In this document: positions 63,701 through 64,000 of the stretch, piece after piece
How the letters are laid out: each line of letters starts with the position of its first letter
Position numbering within the stretch: the stretch's first letter is position 1
Assembly (NCBI GenBank): GCA_036172245.1
Contig: JAYWIR010000006.1
Coordinates: forward strand, 4,278,001-4,342,000
Reading direction: 5' to 3'
DNA: 64,000 nt
Source: Raillietiella orientalis
Lineage: Eukaryota
The notes under the pieces: generated by a model
Seen by the model: the letters and a program-made list of their open reading frames with translations, nothing else
Told to the model about the DNA's origin: nothing
The model's database searches: none
Made by a program: the position numbers and the translations under genes

Positions 63701-64000
63701 ACGCAGCCATGCCCACCCTTGAGCCTGCCATCCGCTGCAGTCGTCAACGGGCGCTCTCTCCCACCCTCATGCTGCTAGGCGGCGCGGCAGTCACCCGGAG
63801 AGGCCGGTGAGCCGGGCAGCTCAGCCGTGGGTCTGCGGACCGCGCGGCCATCGCCCAGCGGCACTCTCTCGCGCGCGCCTCGAGCCGCTGCGGGTGTTTC
63901 GGCCAACGGCTCCTCCTCCTCTTCCTCCTTGTGACCCCCTCCCCTCCCTCGCTCAAGTGTCGGAGGCTGACTCGAGCAGGCAGACGGCGGCGGTGGCCGG

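Noticed and set aside
1..64000. tRNA, rRNA, reverse transcriptase, integrase or transposase genes
   Set aside because: None recognised by eye on either strand; tRNAscan-SE, Infernal and BLASTX would be needed to exclude degenerate copies.

Overview
GC-rich eukaryotic (animal, most likely arthropod) genomic DNA with mostly very short GT-AG introns (about 42-100 nt) and a few large ones. It is not prokaryotic: most long ORFs in the supplied track are artefacts of stop-codon scarcity. By hand-splicing I can build three multi-exon genes, all on the + strand. (1) An otopetrin-family proton channel, 4096-13171, 9 exons, about 687 aa. (2) An inverted-formin of the INF2/FHDC1/Drosophila form3 type, about 28020-50856, with FH3/DID, FH1, FH2 and a long low-complexity tail; its N-terminal exons lie 10-13 kb upstream of the next exon. 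(3) An acid lipase of the gastric/lysosomal/Lip3 type, 54614-56458, 7 exons, about 439 aa. Non-coding structure worth checking includes a 2.3-kb segment bracketed by 68-bp inverted repeats that holds a dimeric tandem repeat, a microsatellite and a hairpin; a 62-nt near-perfect palindrome inside a formin intron; an inverted duplication with a perfect hairpin near 59.4-60.7 kb; and motif-rich AT islands in the large otopetrin intron. I found no convincing evidence of a wholly new biological system; these structured non-coding elements are the best leads.
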